DNA of 64,000 nucleotides from the human T2T-CHM13v2.0 reference genome, Homo sapiens (GCF_009914755.1 NC_060926.1), one strand, 5' to 3'; counted from the stretch's first letter, positions 29,369-41,829 are shown. Made by a program: numbers and translations. The notes: generated by a model not told the origin, from the letters alone.

Positions 29369-30470
29369 ATGGGTGGAACGCAAAGTAAGCCCACTCCACT
29401 AGGAACTATGTTGAAAAATTTCAAGAAAGGATTTAATGGGGACTATGGAGTTACTATGACACCAGGAAAACTTAGAACTTTGTGTGAGATAGACTGGCCA
29501 GCATTAGAAGTAGGTTGGCCATCAGAAGGAAGCCTAGACTGGCCCCTTGTTTCAAAGGTATGGCACAAGGTAACTGGTAAGCCAGGACACCCAGACCAGT
29601 TTCCGTACATAGACACTTGGTTACAGCTGGTTTTAGACCCCCTACAGTCGTTAAGAGGACAGGCAGCAGCAGTACTAGTAGCAAAGGGACAGACAGCCAA
29701 AGAAGAATCCTGCTCCACCCGCTGAGGGGAGTCAGCTCCTGAAGTCCTGTCCGACCCAACATCAGAAGATTCATGGCAAGAAACGGCACCAGTGGCCCCC
29801 CGTTTCACCAAGAATGAAGGCCTCCCACTCCTGAGGCCACTGTGCCTGAGCTTCCCAAGGCCTACATACCCCTAGGCCACCCAGGGTAGAAAAGACAGGA
29901 TGTGAGACCTCAGGAGAAACCCCTCCCTTGGCAGCCCATTTGAGGCCTAGAACTGGGATACAAATGCCCATGAGAAAGCAACAGTATACTGGGGTAGATG
30001 AGGATGGGCATATGGTGGAAAGGCATGCCTTTGTGTACAAACCCTTCACCTCTGTCGATCTCCTCAATTGGAAAAACAATACCCCATCCTATACTGAAAA
30101 ACAATACCCCATCCTATACTGAAAAGCCTCAAGCTATAATTGGTTTGCTCCAAACTATTATCCAGACCCACAACCCCACCTGAGCTGATTGCCACCAGTT
30201 GCTCATGTACCTCTTTAACACAGATGAAAGGAGAGTGCTCCAAGCAGCAACTAAGTGGCTGGAAGAACATGTTCCAGCTGATTACCAAAACCCCCAAGAG
30301 TATGTGAGGATCCAATTACCAGGAACAGACCCCCAGTGGGACCCAAATGAAAGACAGGGTATGCAAAGGCTAAACCGATACAGGGAAGCCCTTCTGGAAG
30401 GGTTAAAGAAGGGAGCTCAGAAGGCCACAAATGTTAACAAAGTCTCTCAGGTCATTCAAGGAAAAGATGA
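29369..30470 (+). pseudogene. HERV-E gag remnant (MA, p12-like, CA), disrupted
   Basis: Gammaretroviral MA (CEIDWPALEVGWPSEGSLD, GHPDQFPYIDTW) and CA (YKPFTSVDLLNWKNNTPSYTEKP, DPQWDPN, TNVNKVSQVIQGKDES); stop at 29723-29725 and frameshifts. Confidence 0.9.
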
Positions 30471-30631
30471 GAGCTCAGTTCTTGAGACACAAGTCTGCGG
30501 ACGCTCCCGGCCAACTGAGACCTGGGAGGCGAGACCAAGCCCGGACAACACCTGCATAGTGACTCTGAAGAAGACGACAAGCCCTGCTCCAGTCACACTT
30601 GGAAGCTGACTGGTCCATGCACAGCTGAAGC

Positions 30632-30919
30632 ATGAGGATAGTTAGAGACATGACAAAGCTGGCACATGTGCCCATGCAGGTTTGGCATAGGCTTGATCCT
30701 GGATTCCCGTTTGGAAAATGGTTTCCAGCTCTAGGAGGATTTAAAACTCTTATAATACGAATAATAATAGTATTAGGAACCTGCATGTTACTCCCCTGTA
30801 CATTACCCATATTTCTCCAGTCACTAAGAGGCTCCGTTACCACCTTAGTTCATCAAAAGACCTCAGCTGTCTCTCAGGAAGACCTGGATAGTGAAGATGA
30901 AAGTGAGAACTCCCACTAG
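30632..30919 (+). pseudogene. HERV-E env remnant: start codon fused to the TM C-terminus (95-aa ORF)
   Basis: MR + IVRDMTKLAHVPMQVW...FGKWFPALGGFKTLII...DSEDESENSH*, ending just before the PPT. Confidence 0.75.
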
Positions 30920-31277
30920 TGAGTGAGGTTCTCAAAGGGGGGAATGAGGAGAGAGGCCATTTCTCTTACTGTCTCCTGTCTCTGAAGAGAAGGAGGAAGT
31001 AAAAGCTGAAAAAGATTAACCCCGCACTCTAACCACATGTGCTATCTATAGATCTTAATCTATCATGACCCTTTCACGTGGACCCCTTAGAGTTGTAAGC
31101 CCTTAAAAGGGCCAGGAACTCTTTCTTCAGAGAGCTCGGTTCTTGAGACGCAAGTCTGCCAATGCTCCCAGCTGAATAGAGCCTCTTCCTTCTTTAACCC
31201 AGTGTCTGAGGGGATGCCTCTTTTCTTGTAGCTCCCGCCCATCCCCGCCTTCCCCCTCCCACAACAAAGAAGCAGTG

Positions 31278-31775
31278 AACTTAAATCAACAAGCAAAAAA
31301 CAACTCCATTAAAAAGTGGGCAAAGGACACGCACAGACACTTCTAAAAGAGGACATACAAGCAGTCAACAAACACGAAAATATTCTCAATATCACTAATC
31401 ACTAATCATCAGAGAAATACAAACCAAAACCACAATGAAAGACCATCTCACCCCAGTTAGAATGGCTATTGTTTTTTTAAAAAACAATGACACATGCTGG
31501 GAAGGCTGCAGAGAAAAGGGATCACTTACACACTGCTGGTGAGAGTGTCAATTAGTTCAGCCACTGTGGAAAGCAGTGTGGAGATTTCTCAGAGAACGTA
31601 AAAGAGAACTGCCATGTGACCCAGCAATCCCATTACTGAGTATATCTATCTAACAGAAAATAAATTGTTCTATCAAAAAGACACGTGCACTCACGTGTTC
31701 ATCCCAGCACTATTCACAATAGCAGAGACATGGAATCAACCCAGGGGCTCACCACCAGTGGATTGGATAAACAAT
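31278..31775 (+). mobile_element. L1PB/L1PA-old 3' ORF2 fragment
   Basis: 'attaaaaagtgggcaaaggacac', 'ccatctcaccccagttagaatggctatt', 'gacccagcaatcccattactg'. Confidence 0.85.
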
Positions 31776-32737
31776 CACCAGCCTGATGAGCAGCAGGGCC
31801 GGTTTTCATTTCCTCAGTCCAGGCTTTCTCTGAACTTATGTAAGGTTGTACTGAAAGCATAGTGAGACCCACTGCTGCAGCTTTGAGATTGGTGCCACCC
31901 AGGTGAGTTTGTTCAGGGGTTAGGAAATTGCAAAGAAATTCTGGCATTTTAGAGAACAACTGAGGATTTGAGAATGGAAAAGTGAACAGCACTGGGAGCT
32001 CAGAGGAGGTAACCAGAGGGCTAGAAATTCTAGAAGCAAAGCCTAGTCCCTGAGTGGCAGTGGGTGGTTTGGGTGGGACTCGAGGATGGGGACGACTTTA
32101 CATCTGAGCATTGCATCCCTCAAGGGGTCATGGATTTTGCTCAGAGATCCAAACAGGAAAATGAAGGAAGCAGAGGACAGAGAAGCTCCTGTAAACTTCC
32201 AGAAACTCAGGAGTGGTGACACCTGCCACAGCTGGTATTAGCTTCCTGCAGTCAGGAGTATGCCATCTGCCCTGTGTCTGCTGTAGCCAGTGCAGGAGAG
32301 TAAAGGCTTCACCTCCTCCTCTATCCTCCAGGCCCTGCATGGGCATCTCCCACTGGAAGACTCTCATCTGACACTACATAGGGAAAACAGCTGGAAGCTA
32401 AGGAAAGACAAAAGGAGGCACTGAAGACGCCAAGCTGACTGACATTCAGCCCACGCATGGGGCACAGTGAGATGAACCACAAATGAATTAGTGCAACAGA
32501 GCAGGGAGTTTGGAGGGAAGTGACACTGGAGACAGCACCTACACCCTGCTCTGTGGATTTGCAGAAATTTGCACAGAACATGGAGTGAGAAAGGTTTGAC
32601 CTCATCTTCTCTAGATCCAACAGGGCAGGCAGATGGCAGCTAGGGATGCTAACCATGATGGATTTGCTAACGCATCTTCCTTCAACTTTAGAGTTGCATA
32701 CATTTACCCACATTTCCAGCTGATGAAACTGCCCTAA

Positions 32738-33372
<635 letters not shown>

Positions 33373-33556
33373 TTATGTTAAGCTCCCCTAATGAGCTAGT
33401 GTGCCTGAGTTCTTAAAGCACATGGCCTACAGCATCACAAGGAAGAGTGCCTGAGTGTGACAGATCCCTTAACTACAGAGACAAGGCAAGCACTGAGAAT
33501 TAAGACTTTCCAGTTATTTATATATTTTATTGAATTTAGTATAAAAATTTTATTTT

Positions 33557-33858
33557 AGGCTGGGTGCAGTGGCTCATACCTGTAATCCTAGCACTTTGGG
33601 AGGCCAAGGCAGGAGAATCACCTGAGGCCAGGAGTCTGAGACCAGACGGCACCATAGCAATACTTCATCTCTACAAAAATTTTAAAAATTTAGCTGGGTG
33701 TGGTGGTATGCACCTGTAGTCCCATTTACTCAGGAGGCTGAGGCAGGAGGATCGCTTGAACCCAGAAAGTTGAGCCTGCAGTGAGCTGGAGTGAGCTATG
33801 GTCATGTCACTGACGCCAGCCTGGGCAACAGAGGGAGACTCTGCTTCAATCAATCAAT
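33557..33858 (+). mobile_element. AluJ
   Basis: Diverged dimer with (AATC)n tail. Confidence 0.88.
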
Positions 33859-35905
33859 AACTTATTTTAAGATTTCATATAATAATGTACCATATGAAAT
33901 AGGAATAAATCTTTTTAGCTATGAGAAAAAAATGTAGATTAAGGTGGTTGTTATAATGTGACCAAGAAAGCAACACATAGATTAATTCAGTTAATCAAAT
34001 TCCAATTACACAAAGCCTTTGCTTTTCCAAAGGTGTAAAGAAGAGTTAGTATGTCTGCTTCTCAAATGTGTTCATAAACTCTTCCTGGTGCCAAGTCCTT
34101 TTAACTTACATTTAATCACTGCTTTCTCCTAAGAGTCTGCTGGACTGGGAATGCAGGCAGTACTGGACCCGGTTCAGGGTGGAGTATAGGAAGTGTGGTT
34201 GAAAGTCAGCTTCATTAGGGTTGTGATGGGTGCTTTGGGGCAGTCAACCTCCCTCCCTGAGCCACAGGGATCTCACTGTAGGAGGGGCAGGACCGGTGCC
34301 ATCTAAGGGATCTGTCAGCACCAACATTTGATGCAGGTGTCTGATCAGTGGGTCTCCTTGCCTGAAGCCTGAAGGTCCTGACTGCCCCAAGCAGCCCCTA
34401 CTGCCCATTCCAGCTTCCCTTTCACCCAAAGACATAAGATAGAGGATGTTGGGCAGGCAAGTCCATCCTTATCCACAGGTAAGAGTTAAGGACACAGCTG
34501 TAGAGGCTTTTTATTTAAATTTTTTTTCTGCAGCTTGTGACGTAATGAGAAGCAACCAATCTATTTCAGAGAGGGGGGAACCCGGGCAGCCCTTGGAAGC
34601 AGGAAAAGGCCACCACTTGGGAACCTTTGTACACTAGCGTGGATATCTGTGGGGTGCTCGTGGGCGCTGAGAGGCAGCCAGCCCAGTTACACCGTCCAGA
34701 GTGGCCACCTCTCCCACCTCACCTCTGCTTCTTTCCCCTGGTGGCTGGAGGTAGCATGCGCTAAGGATACAGAGGGGATCAGATTCTGTGTCCTCCCCCA
34801 CAGCTTAATTGGGGTGATCCTCACACAGTGAGACATTCCCCCCCAATTTGATCAGCATGAGGATGGGAGACCACAGAAGAGAGGCCTTCAACCCCACATG
34901 CGGGAGGCAACGAAGTCTTCCTGGTTTGGATTTTCACATGCTCTGGCTTCTACTCCAAATCCTGGCCCACACTCTGACCCATCTGCCCACAGGCACCCTG
35001 GCCTCCCATCAAGTGGGTGTGCACAGATCATCAGGCTGAGAGATGAAAGACCCCCACCTTATTGCTTCCTCTGGGATGTCAGGAGACCCCCTGAGCTGAG
35101 ACATGCCCCTTACCATGAGCTGTGGAGTCAGCTAGTTACTAGACAAAGGGTGAGAAAATGGCCTTATTCAAGGAAGACTGGGCGGCACACGGCGAGGTTC
35201 TGTAGGGTTTCAACCTGAGTCTCCTGCTAGGTCCTTCAGAAGACCTGCAAGGGAGGAACGCAGATGTCAGCGTCTACTGGGGAAAGAACCACCACTCTGA
35301 GTGTATGTGTAAATTGTATGGTTTCTTTAATTATGTCTATGGAAGCGATGATACCTATTTCTATCTATCTAAGTAGAAAAGATGGGCACAGGGAATTAGT
35401 AAGTTAGGAACCATGATGTAACTGGCATAAGATCCTCACCAGCGTCTGCCTCTCCTCCCAGTCCTGGGCACATGAGGTAGAGCAGTGTGACTACTTCGGG
35501 CCAACAGGCTTTAACAGGAAATGATGTGTGCTATTTTGGGGCCAAAACACTTAACAGCCAAATGTTTTTCTGCAGCACTTCCCTTTGAGCCACGGCTCTA
35601 AGGAGGCTGCAGGTTCTGGATGGTGAGAGCCATACCCTCAGGATTTTTTGAGGCCCCAAAAATAGCTGCAATTGATTTATTTGATGATCCAGCAGGCCTA
35701 CTCAAGGGCTGACTTCCCAGCCTCCCCTTTGCTCCCTGCTAGCTAATCAGACGGCCTAAAAATGCTGCTTCCAGACTATCTGCAGTCTTTCTGTCCTCTC
35801 TCTTTTAAAGCTGATATTTGCTTTCATCGACAATGTTCTAAAAGCTGTTCTCCCTTAGGTATGAGTTAATATGTGTGCAAACAACTAATGTCTCTCCAGT
35901 CATTC

Positions 35906-35911
35906 TTTATT
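35906..35911 (-). terminator. Candidate distal poly(A) signal for a long ANAPC1 3' UTR
   Basis: AATAAA on the minus strand ~1.63 kb after the stop codon, followed by T/G-rich sequence; use is inferred. Confidence 0.45.
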
Positions 35912-36627
35912 CAGGGAAAAGCACACAATCGTAAACAACGGAGAGTGAAGACAGTAACAACTGGTTTGATATTGAATTTTTAAAATCTTGATTCAAATGG
36001 AATTTTCATAATCTACCACTTAAAATTTATTTTTAATTAGAAGAAAACTATGTAACTGTGAAGAGAAGCACATTTCAGCCTCTCAGTCAGCCCCATCGTG
36101 CCTCTGCTTCACATCCAGGAAGAAGCGAGTCCTCGGGGCAGCCACGCAAATGCAAGGACAGAGAGTCCAGAGAATACCACTTGGCCTCCAGGTGCATGCC
36201 TTCCAAGTCTACTCTGCAGACGCAAATGTCATGTGGGTTTTTGCCAAAATCTCAATGGAAACATTTCTATTTGCTTTAATTTATTTTTAAAGTCAAACAC
36301 CACAGTTCAGGATGTGGAAGAAATATGAAGTCAGTGGATGAAGGTCTTGCTTCTACCAGCTTATGATCCCACTGGCCATCCAGGAAGCACAGGACACATA
36401 TCAGCATCTGAACAGCAGGGAGCATTCTTCCTCCTGTGTTGGCAACTCGAAGCTGGAGGTGCCTTTATATGAACATTTTTCATCATCATCTAGTCCAGAA
36501 ATCCCTCCTTTTATAGACATACATTCTGTAAATCTTAGGTAAATATGGATTGTCTTGTTTTTAAATACAATTTCTAAAGAGCCCTCTGTAGTAATTTCTT
36601 ATTTTATCTATTTAGAGCAGGCTTCAC

Positions 36628-36995
36628 GTATTAGTCTGCCTGGGCTGCCATAACAAAATACCACAGACTGGGTGGTTTCAACGACGGAAATGTATTTTCT
36701 TGCAATTCTGGAGGCTGGAGGTCCACGATGAAGGTGCTAGCCAAGTCTGTTCCTGATAAGGGCTCTTCTTGGCTTGCAGACGGCCGACTCCTCACTGTCT
36801 TCACATGGCAGAGAGAGAAAGAAAAATCTCTCTTCCTCTGCTTAGGAGGCCACCAATTCTACTGAATTAAGGCCCCACCCTTATGATGACCTCACTTAAC
36901 CTTAGTAATCTCCTATATGCCCTATTGCCTAATACAGTCACACAGGGATTAGGGCCTCAATATATAATTCTGGGAGGACACAATTCAGTCCACAG
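36628..36995 (-). mobile_element. MLT1 (B/C-like) solo LTR
   Basis: 'gtattagtctgcctgggctgccataacaaaataccacagactgggtgg' to 'gacacaattcagtccaca'. Confidence 0.85.
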
Positions 36996-37331
36996 TACTT
37001 CATGTTGAGCAACTGAGGGCAAAAATCTCCTTCTCCTGTTTAAGGTGATCACATCATAAGAGTGTCTGGCATTGTCACCAGAAGTACAAACTTATTTTAG
37101 ACAGGACAACTGTGACATCTGAGGAAATGCTAAAGCGCTCTTTTGCCACAGAAAGTAAAACTTTATGACATAGCTTCTTTTAAAACTTGGCATTTTTGGG
37201 CATAGTCACTTCACCTATACCACCACAGTTCAAAGACTTTAAAAATCAATATTCACTCCAGCAACCCCTGCTCTATTCTCTAAGTCCAAAACTAAAGCAA
37301 TCATCAAGAGTTTTGGAAACAAACCAAAAAC

Positions 37332-37337
37332 TTTATT
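37332..37337 (-). terminator. Proximal poly(A) signal of ANAPC1
   Basis: AATAAA ~205 nt after the stop codon, preceded by TGTA and followed by T-rich sequence on the minus strand. Confidence 0.75.
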
Positions 37338-37540
37338 TACAAAAGTAAATTTTAACTTGCTTTTATATGTCATATACCGTTAATGATGACAGCAACAGAT
37401 TTAAAATACATTGAGGTTTGTGCAGCTCATTTCCCCCTAGTTATACCATAAAACTTTATAAACATTGCTTTAGCTTTGATGTTTGGTCACGTTTGTTGTG
37501 CAGAAGTCACGTTTCAGGGTAGGTTCACCGCCAGACACAG

Positions 37541-37656
37541 TCACATCACCATTGGCTGTGGATTTCCAAGAAGCAAAGGAGCCAATCTCAGCAAAGCTCG
37601 CACTGGCATTTTTAGCTGCTTAAATTTGAAGAGCAGTTCAGCAAAGCTTGTGCTCC
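37541..37656 (-). CDS. ANAPC1: ANAPC1 final coding exon: (G)STSFAELLFKFKQLKMPVRALLRLAPLLLGNPQPMVM*
   Basis: Acceptor ttttag|GG; 116 nt; TGA at 37541-37543; matches the APC1 C-terminus. Confidence 0.95.
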
Positions 37657-37828
37657 CTAAAATGGAAATGGGGTGGGAAGGTCACATCTCTAAATAAATT
37701 CAGCCATACCTCTCCTTTCAAGGAAGCTTCAGAAACACAATCATGTTTAAAACAGGCATTTTTCCCTTTGAAAATGACTATGCAAAGACAATATTTAAAA
37801 TTATGAAATTCCTTAATACACTGTAATG

Positions 37829-38376
37829 TAAATTGAGTATCCCTTTTCCAAAATGCTTCTGAAGAGAGGTGTTTTGGATTCTGGATTTTTTTAGATTTTG
37901 GAATATCTGCATTACACCTACTGGCTGAGATTTCTTTTTTTTTTTTTTTTTTTTTGGAGACGAAGTCTCACTTTGCCACCGGGGCTGGAGTGCAGTGGCG
38001 CTCTCTCGGCTCACTGCAAACTCCACCTCCTGGGTTCACCCATTCTCCTGCCTCAGCCCCCCGAGTAGCTGGGACTACAGGTGCCCACCACCACGCCCAG
38101 CTAATTTTTTTTGTATTTTTAGTAGAGATGGGGTTTCAACGTGTTAGCCAGGATGGTCTCGATCTCCTGACCTCGTGATCCGCCCGCCTCGGCCTCCCAA
38201 AGTGCTGGGATTACAGGCGTGAGCCACTGCGCCCAGCCTCGGCTGAGCATTCTTAATCCAAAAATCCCAAATCCAAAATGCTGTAATGAACATTTCCTCT
38301 GAGCATCATGTTGGTGCTCAAAACGTTTTCGATTTCAAACACTTCAGATTTCAGATTAAGGATACTCAAACCTGTA
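37829..38376. mobile_element. Tigger4/MER46-like DNA transposon, interrupted by an Alu
   Basis: TIR-like ends 'ttgagtatccct' and 'aaggatactcaaacctgta'. Confidence 0.7.
37930..38238 (-). mobile_element. AluY-like
   Basis: Reverse dimer with Y diagnostics; GGCTGAG repeated on the flanks. Confidence 0.92.
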
Positions 38377-38629
38377 TATGATTTGATAGAATTTACCCAT
38401 TCTAGACTTCAGAAAGTGACCTATAACTACATGTGAAACTACTAATATTGTTTAATTTTATATATATATATATATATAAATTCTTTAAATATAATGTGCA
38501 AAAGTGCCTGTCTACCTTCAAATACTATCTAAGTGGTATTTTACTGGTTCTAATACAGTTGACCATTGAACAACCCTGTTTGTCCAGCCTGGCCTGAAAA
38601 GAAGTCTATACTTTTAAAATGTCTTCCTT

Positions 38630-39920
38630 TTCCTTTTAGTAGTTTGACTATTAATGTGACTAGGTATGGTTTTCTTTGTATTTATCCTGCTTAGGGTTCA
38701 CTGTGGGTTAATATTTAACACAATTTTTCAAAATTCTTAGCTTCTGTCTCTTCAAATATTGCTTCTAACTCATTTTTTCTCTCCTCTTATTCTCTTATTC
38801 CAACCCCATGCATGTTTATTTTTTTTTCACGGTTTCCACATGTCTCTTGTACTCTTCTCTGTATTTCCTAACCATTCTTCCCTCTGTGCTTCAGTTTGTT
38901 TACTTTCTACTTGTCTTCCAGCAGATAAGTGTCTTCCAGTTCACTTCAAATAATCCAATACTGAGATCTTCATTTCAGTTACTATATTTTTCAGTTCTAG
39001 AATTTCCATTTAACTCTTTTTTATTGACCCCAGGTTTCTGGTGAAATTCCCTATCATTCCTTCTATTTTCCTGGAAACATTAGACATAGTTATTTTAAGT
39101 TCCAGTATGATAACTCCAATATCTGAATCACACATAAGTCTGTTTCTATTATCTGTTTTTTTATTATTATTATGTTTCGTAATTTTTGATTCAACACTGA
39201 ATCCTGTAGACTAAAAATTGCGGGGGCTCTGGGTATGTTTTCTTTCTCCTATGAAGGTTACATTTTCTTCTGTCAGGTGGGGAGAAAGCACACAGATCAC
39301 CTTAGTTCTGCTCTAGGCTAATTGTAGGTCAAGTCTGCTTGGAGTGAAACTGAAGCAGACCAGATCTAAAATTAGGCTAGAGCAGGCTTAGGGCTTGGCC
39401 ATGTATTAATTCACCTGAGGAGCTGGGATGCTGATCAGAGCCACTTCACTTTAACAAGCGTTGAATTCCACCCTTTGTCTCCTCAGTCCTATGCTGCTGC
39501 TGACATTTTTGCTTACATTTTTGGCCTTGTGGCTTCTGCTAGATCTCTTGAAGTCTTATCCCATGTATATGAAGGCTAAAATATCATTAAGTAACTCAAG
39601 GGAAAGGTATATCCAGAGTCTGAGTTATGATTTCTATTGTTCTCTCCTGCCTGAGACTGTGTTCCTCAAGTTCTAGGCTCTTGGGCAATCACAAACCCAA
39701 CCTCTGGCTCCTCAGCCCTGCGGCATTGCTGCTTTTTGCTGGCACTCTACTTCTTGTACTATGAACTGGCAAATGCCTTTGGGGGAGAAGCTAGGGTGAA
39801 TATAAAGCTCTCCCTGTTGTACTTCCCTTTTCTTATTTTTTTTTTTTAGCTTTTATATTTGTTTTTGAGGGCAAGTGAGTCCAATACAAGCAATTCCATC
39901 ATGGCCATAACCAGAAGTCT
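38630..39920 (-). mobile_element. Very old L1 (L1ME-like) 5'/ORF1 remnant
   Basis: T-rich antisense L1 text 'ttttctttgtatttatcctgcttagggttcactg', 'tttttcagttctagaatttccattt'. Confidence 0.6.
39310..39383 (-). ncRNA. MIR4771: MIR4771 precursor hairpin (intronic)
   Basis: The minus strand reads GCTCTAGCCTAATTTTAGATCTGGTCTGCTT-CAGTTTCACTCC-AAGCAGACTTGACCTACAATTAGCCTAGAGC, a ~31-bp stem. The 3' arm contains AGCAGACUUGACCUACAAUUA (39319-39339), which I recognise as miR-4771. Confidence 0.85.
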
Positions 39921-40589
39921 CTAGATAGTAAACTTTTATCAGAGGCTTGCAAAACAGCAAAAAACTAGTAATGTAATTAAACTTCAAGTTTAAATGATTA
40001 AATGGAACAATCTTTGCCCTTATCAAAAAATATTTTTTTTGAGAATCTCAAAAAAATTGGGTGCTTAGAATTCATCATATCTTAGTATTCAGCTTAATGG
40101 ATAAATTTTTTTTATCTGTTTCTATATTCTGAAAAATACAATCAGGTGATAATACTATTAATTTTTAAAACTATTATAAAAAAATTCAAACACAAAATTA
40201 GGTATTTATTAGTTGTAAAGCTTTGTAATATTAGAAATTAAGATTATATGTGATTCTAAAAAACCCAACTGAAAACCTAGAAAATAAAGAAAAATAGCTT
40301 TAATAAAAAAATCAATTAGTAAAGAATAATATGGAATATTTAGTTTATTAGTATAGATCAGTGTTTGGGGCTCTGTGAAGAAGAATCCATCCTTTTCTGA
40401 ATAAAAATGAAAGTTATTCATATATAAAGTTGATAATTTTTTCTTTTTTGCTCCAAAACAGTCCCTAACAATGACACTGCAACATTAATGAAGAGGAAAG
40501 TCAAACTAGGGGCAGTAACTACTGAGAAACTAGAACATAAAGGGGTAGGTAACAGAGTTACTGAAGATAAGACTTAGATATGCAATTAC

Positions 40590-40724
40590 CTTCTAGTCCT
40601 ATAGGTGGCAGGTGCTGTGGAGCTGGCACAGAGTGGTAGACGAGGAAGCAGGCCAGCATGCTCAGCTGTGATTCCTCCAAGGGCTGCCCGCTGAGGTAGG
40701 CGTGCACACACATATCACCCCCGA
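40590..40724 (-). CDS. ANAPC1: ANAPC1 exon: VGGDMCVHAYLSGQPLEESQLSMLACFLVYHSVPAPQHLPPIGLE
   Basis: cacag|...G|gtaatt; 135 nt, phase 1-1. Confidence 0.95.
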
Positions 40725-41107
40725 CTGTGAGAGAAACAAATGGAACGGAACCAACTGATGACAGAACTGAGAGGCACAAGAAATATCTTCTATTACTTTT
40801 TCATCAAGAACTTATTGAACGCTCAGCATATATAAAGCAGGTTCTATAGCCGGTATTGAGGCTACTCTGACAAGCTAGACTGAGTCCCTGTCATTGTAGA
40901 GTTTAGAGTGTTGTTGGGGGAGACAGATATTACACAAATAATGACACAAACAAATGCATAATTACAAATTGTGAGGAGTGCTATAAAGGTGCAGTGGTCA
41001 CTGTGGTTGTCTCCCCGAAATACCCCTTGTCACACCCTACCCTCCACCATATATTATATTTGATGGGACTGACTTCAGCTCCAGAACTAGATCCTTACTA
41101 GTCTTGG

Positions 41108-41300
41108 CCAGGGGTCCTCAAACTTTAACATGTGCCAGAATCACCTGGAAGGCTTGTTAAACCACAGATGAGTGGGCCCCACTCCATGCACAGAGCACAG
41201 AGATTCTTATTCAGTAGGTCTGGGGTGGGGCCAGAAAAACTCCATTTCTAACAAGTGCCCAGGTCATGCTGCTCCATAAACCACACTTTGAGAATCACTG
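41108..41300. mobile_element. MER5A (hAT-Charlie) MITE
   Basis: 'caggggtcctcaaacttt...cagaatcacctggaaggcttgttaaa...ccacactttgagaatcactg' with TIRs. Confidence 0.8.
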
Positions 41301-41829
41301 ATCTTGGGTGATCAAGGCAATCCCATTCTCCTGATGCAGTGTTAGTTCAGAGACAGGCAGACCCAGGCCATTTTTTCAATAAGAGACATTCTCTGCCACA
41401 GGGATAGATTGAGAGGTGTGCATGAGATGCAACTCGAGCCAGAAACCTGAGGAGGTACTTAATGACAAGCTTGCTGGAGGCTCCAGGGAAAGAAATTCCC
41501 TCATTCTCATCACAAAACTCCTAGAAGCAACTCTATTCTTCCTCTGAGTATCATGCTGAGCTAGAGGTGAACATGTTACAGCCATTTGATTACCATCCGA
41601 AAAATGCACTGAGGATAAAGTCATGGCACAGAATGTAGCTGATGGAACCTCAGAGAAATGGAGTTGAAGACACTGGAAAAAGATGACCCTTTACGTGCCT
41701 TACCTGCAGACCTCTAATAACATAGGCATACTTGTGTCCTTACTGTTTAAAGGCAGGTTAAGTCAGGCCTTCTTTTACTTGCAAACAAAGGCATTTTGAT
41801 ACAGAAAAAAGGTAGAGAGCATGAGCGGG

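Larger units (their letters stand above)
28597..31213 (+). mobile_element. Deleted, rearranged HERV-E/Harlequin-type (LTR2 family) provirus
   Basis: R-U5 ends ...GTCCTGCTACA (28814), then a tRNA-Glu-type PBS (tttctTGGTTCCCTGA), leader, gag (MGGTQSKPTPLGTMLKNFKKGF), pol end (TWEARPSPDN...SPAPVT), env TM end, PPT AAAGGGGGGAA (30934-30944) and a 3' LTR from TGAGGAGAG (30945) truncated in U5. Confidence 0.9.

Noticed and set aside
38554-38580. Tigger-like terminal 'tacagttgaccattgaacaac'
   Set aside because: Only ~20 bp with no partner end; too short to support.
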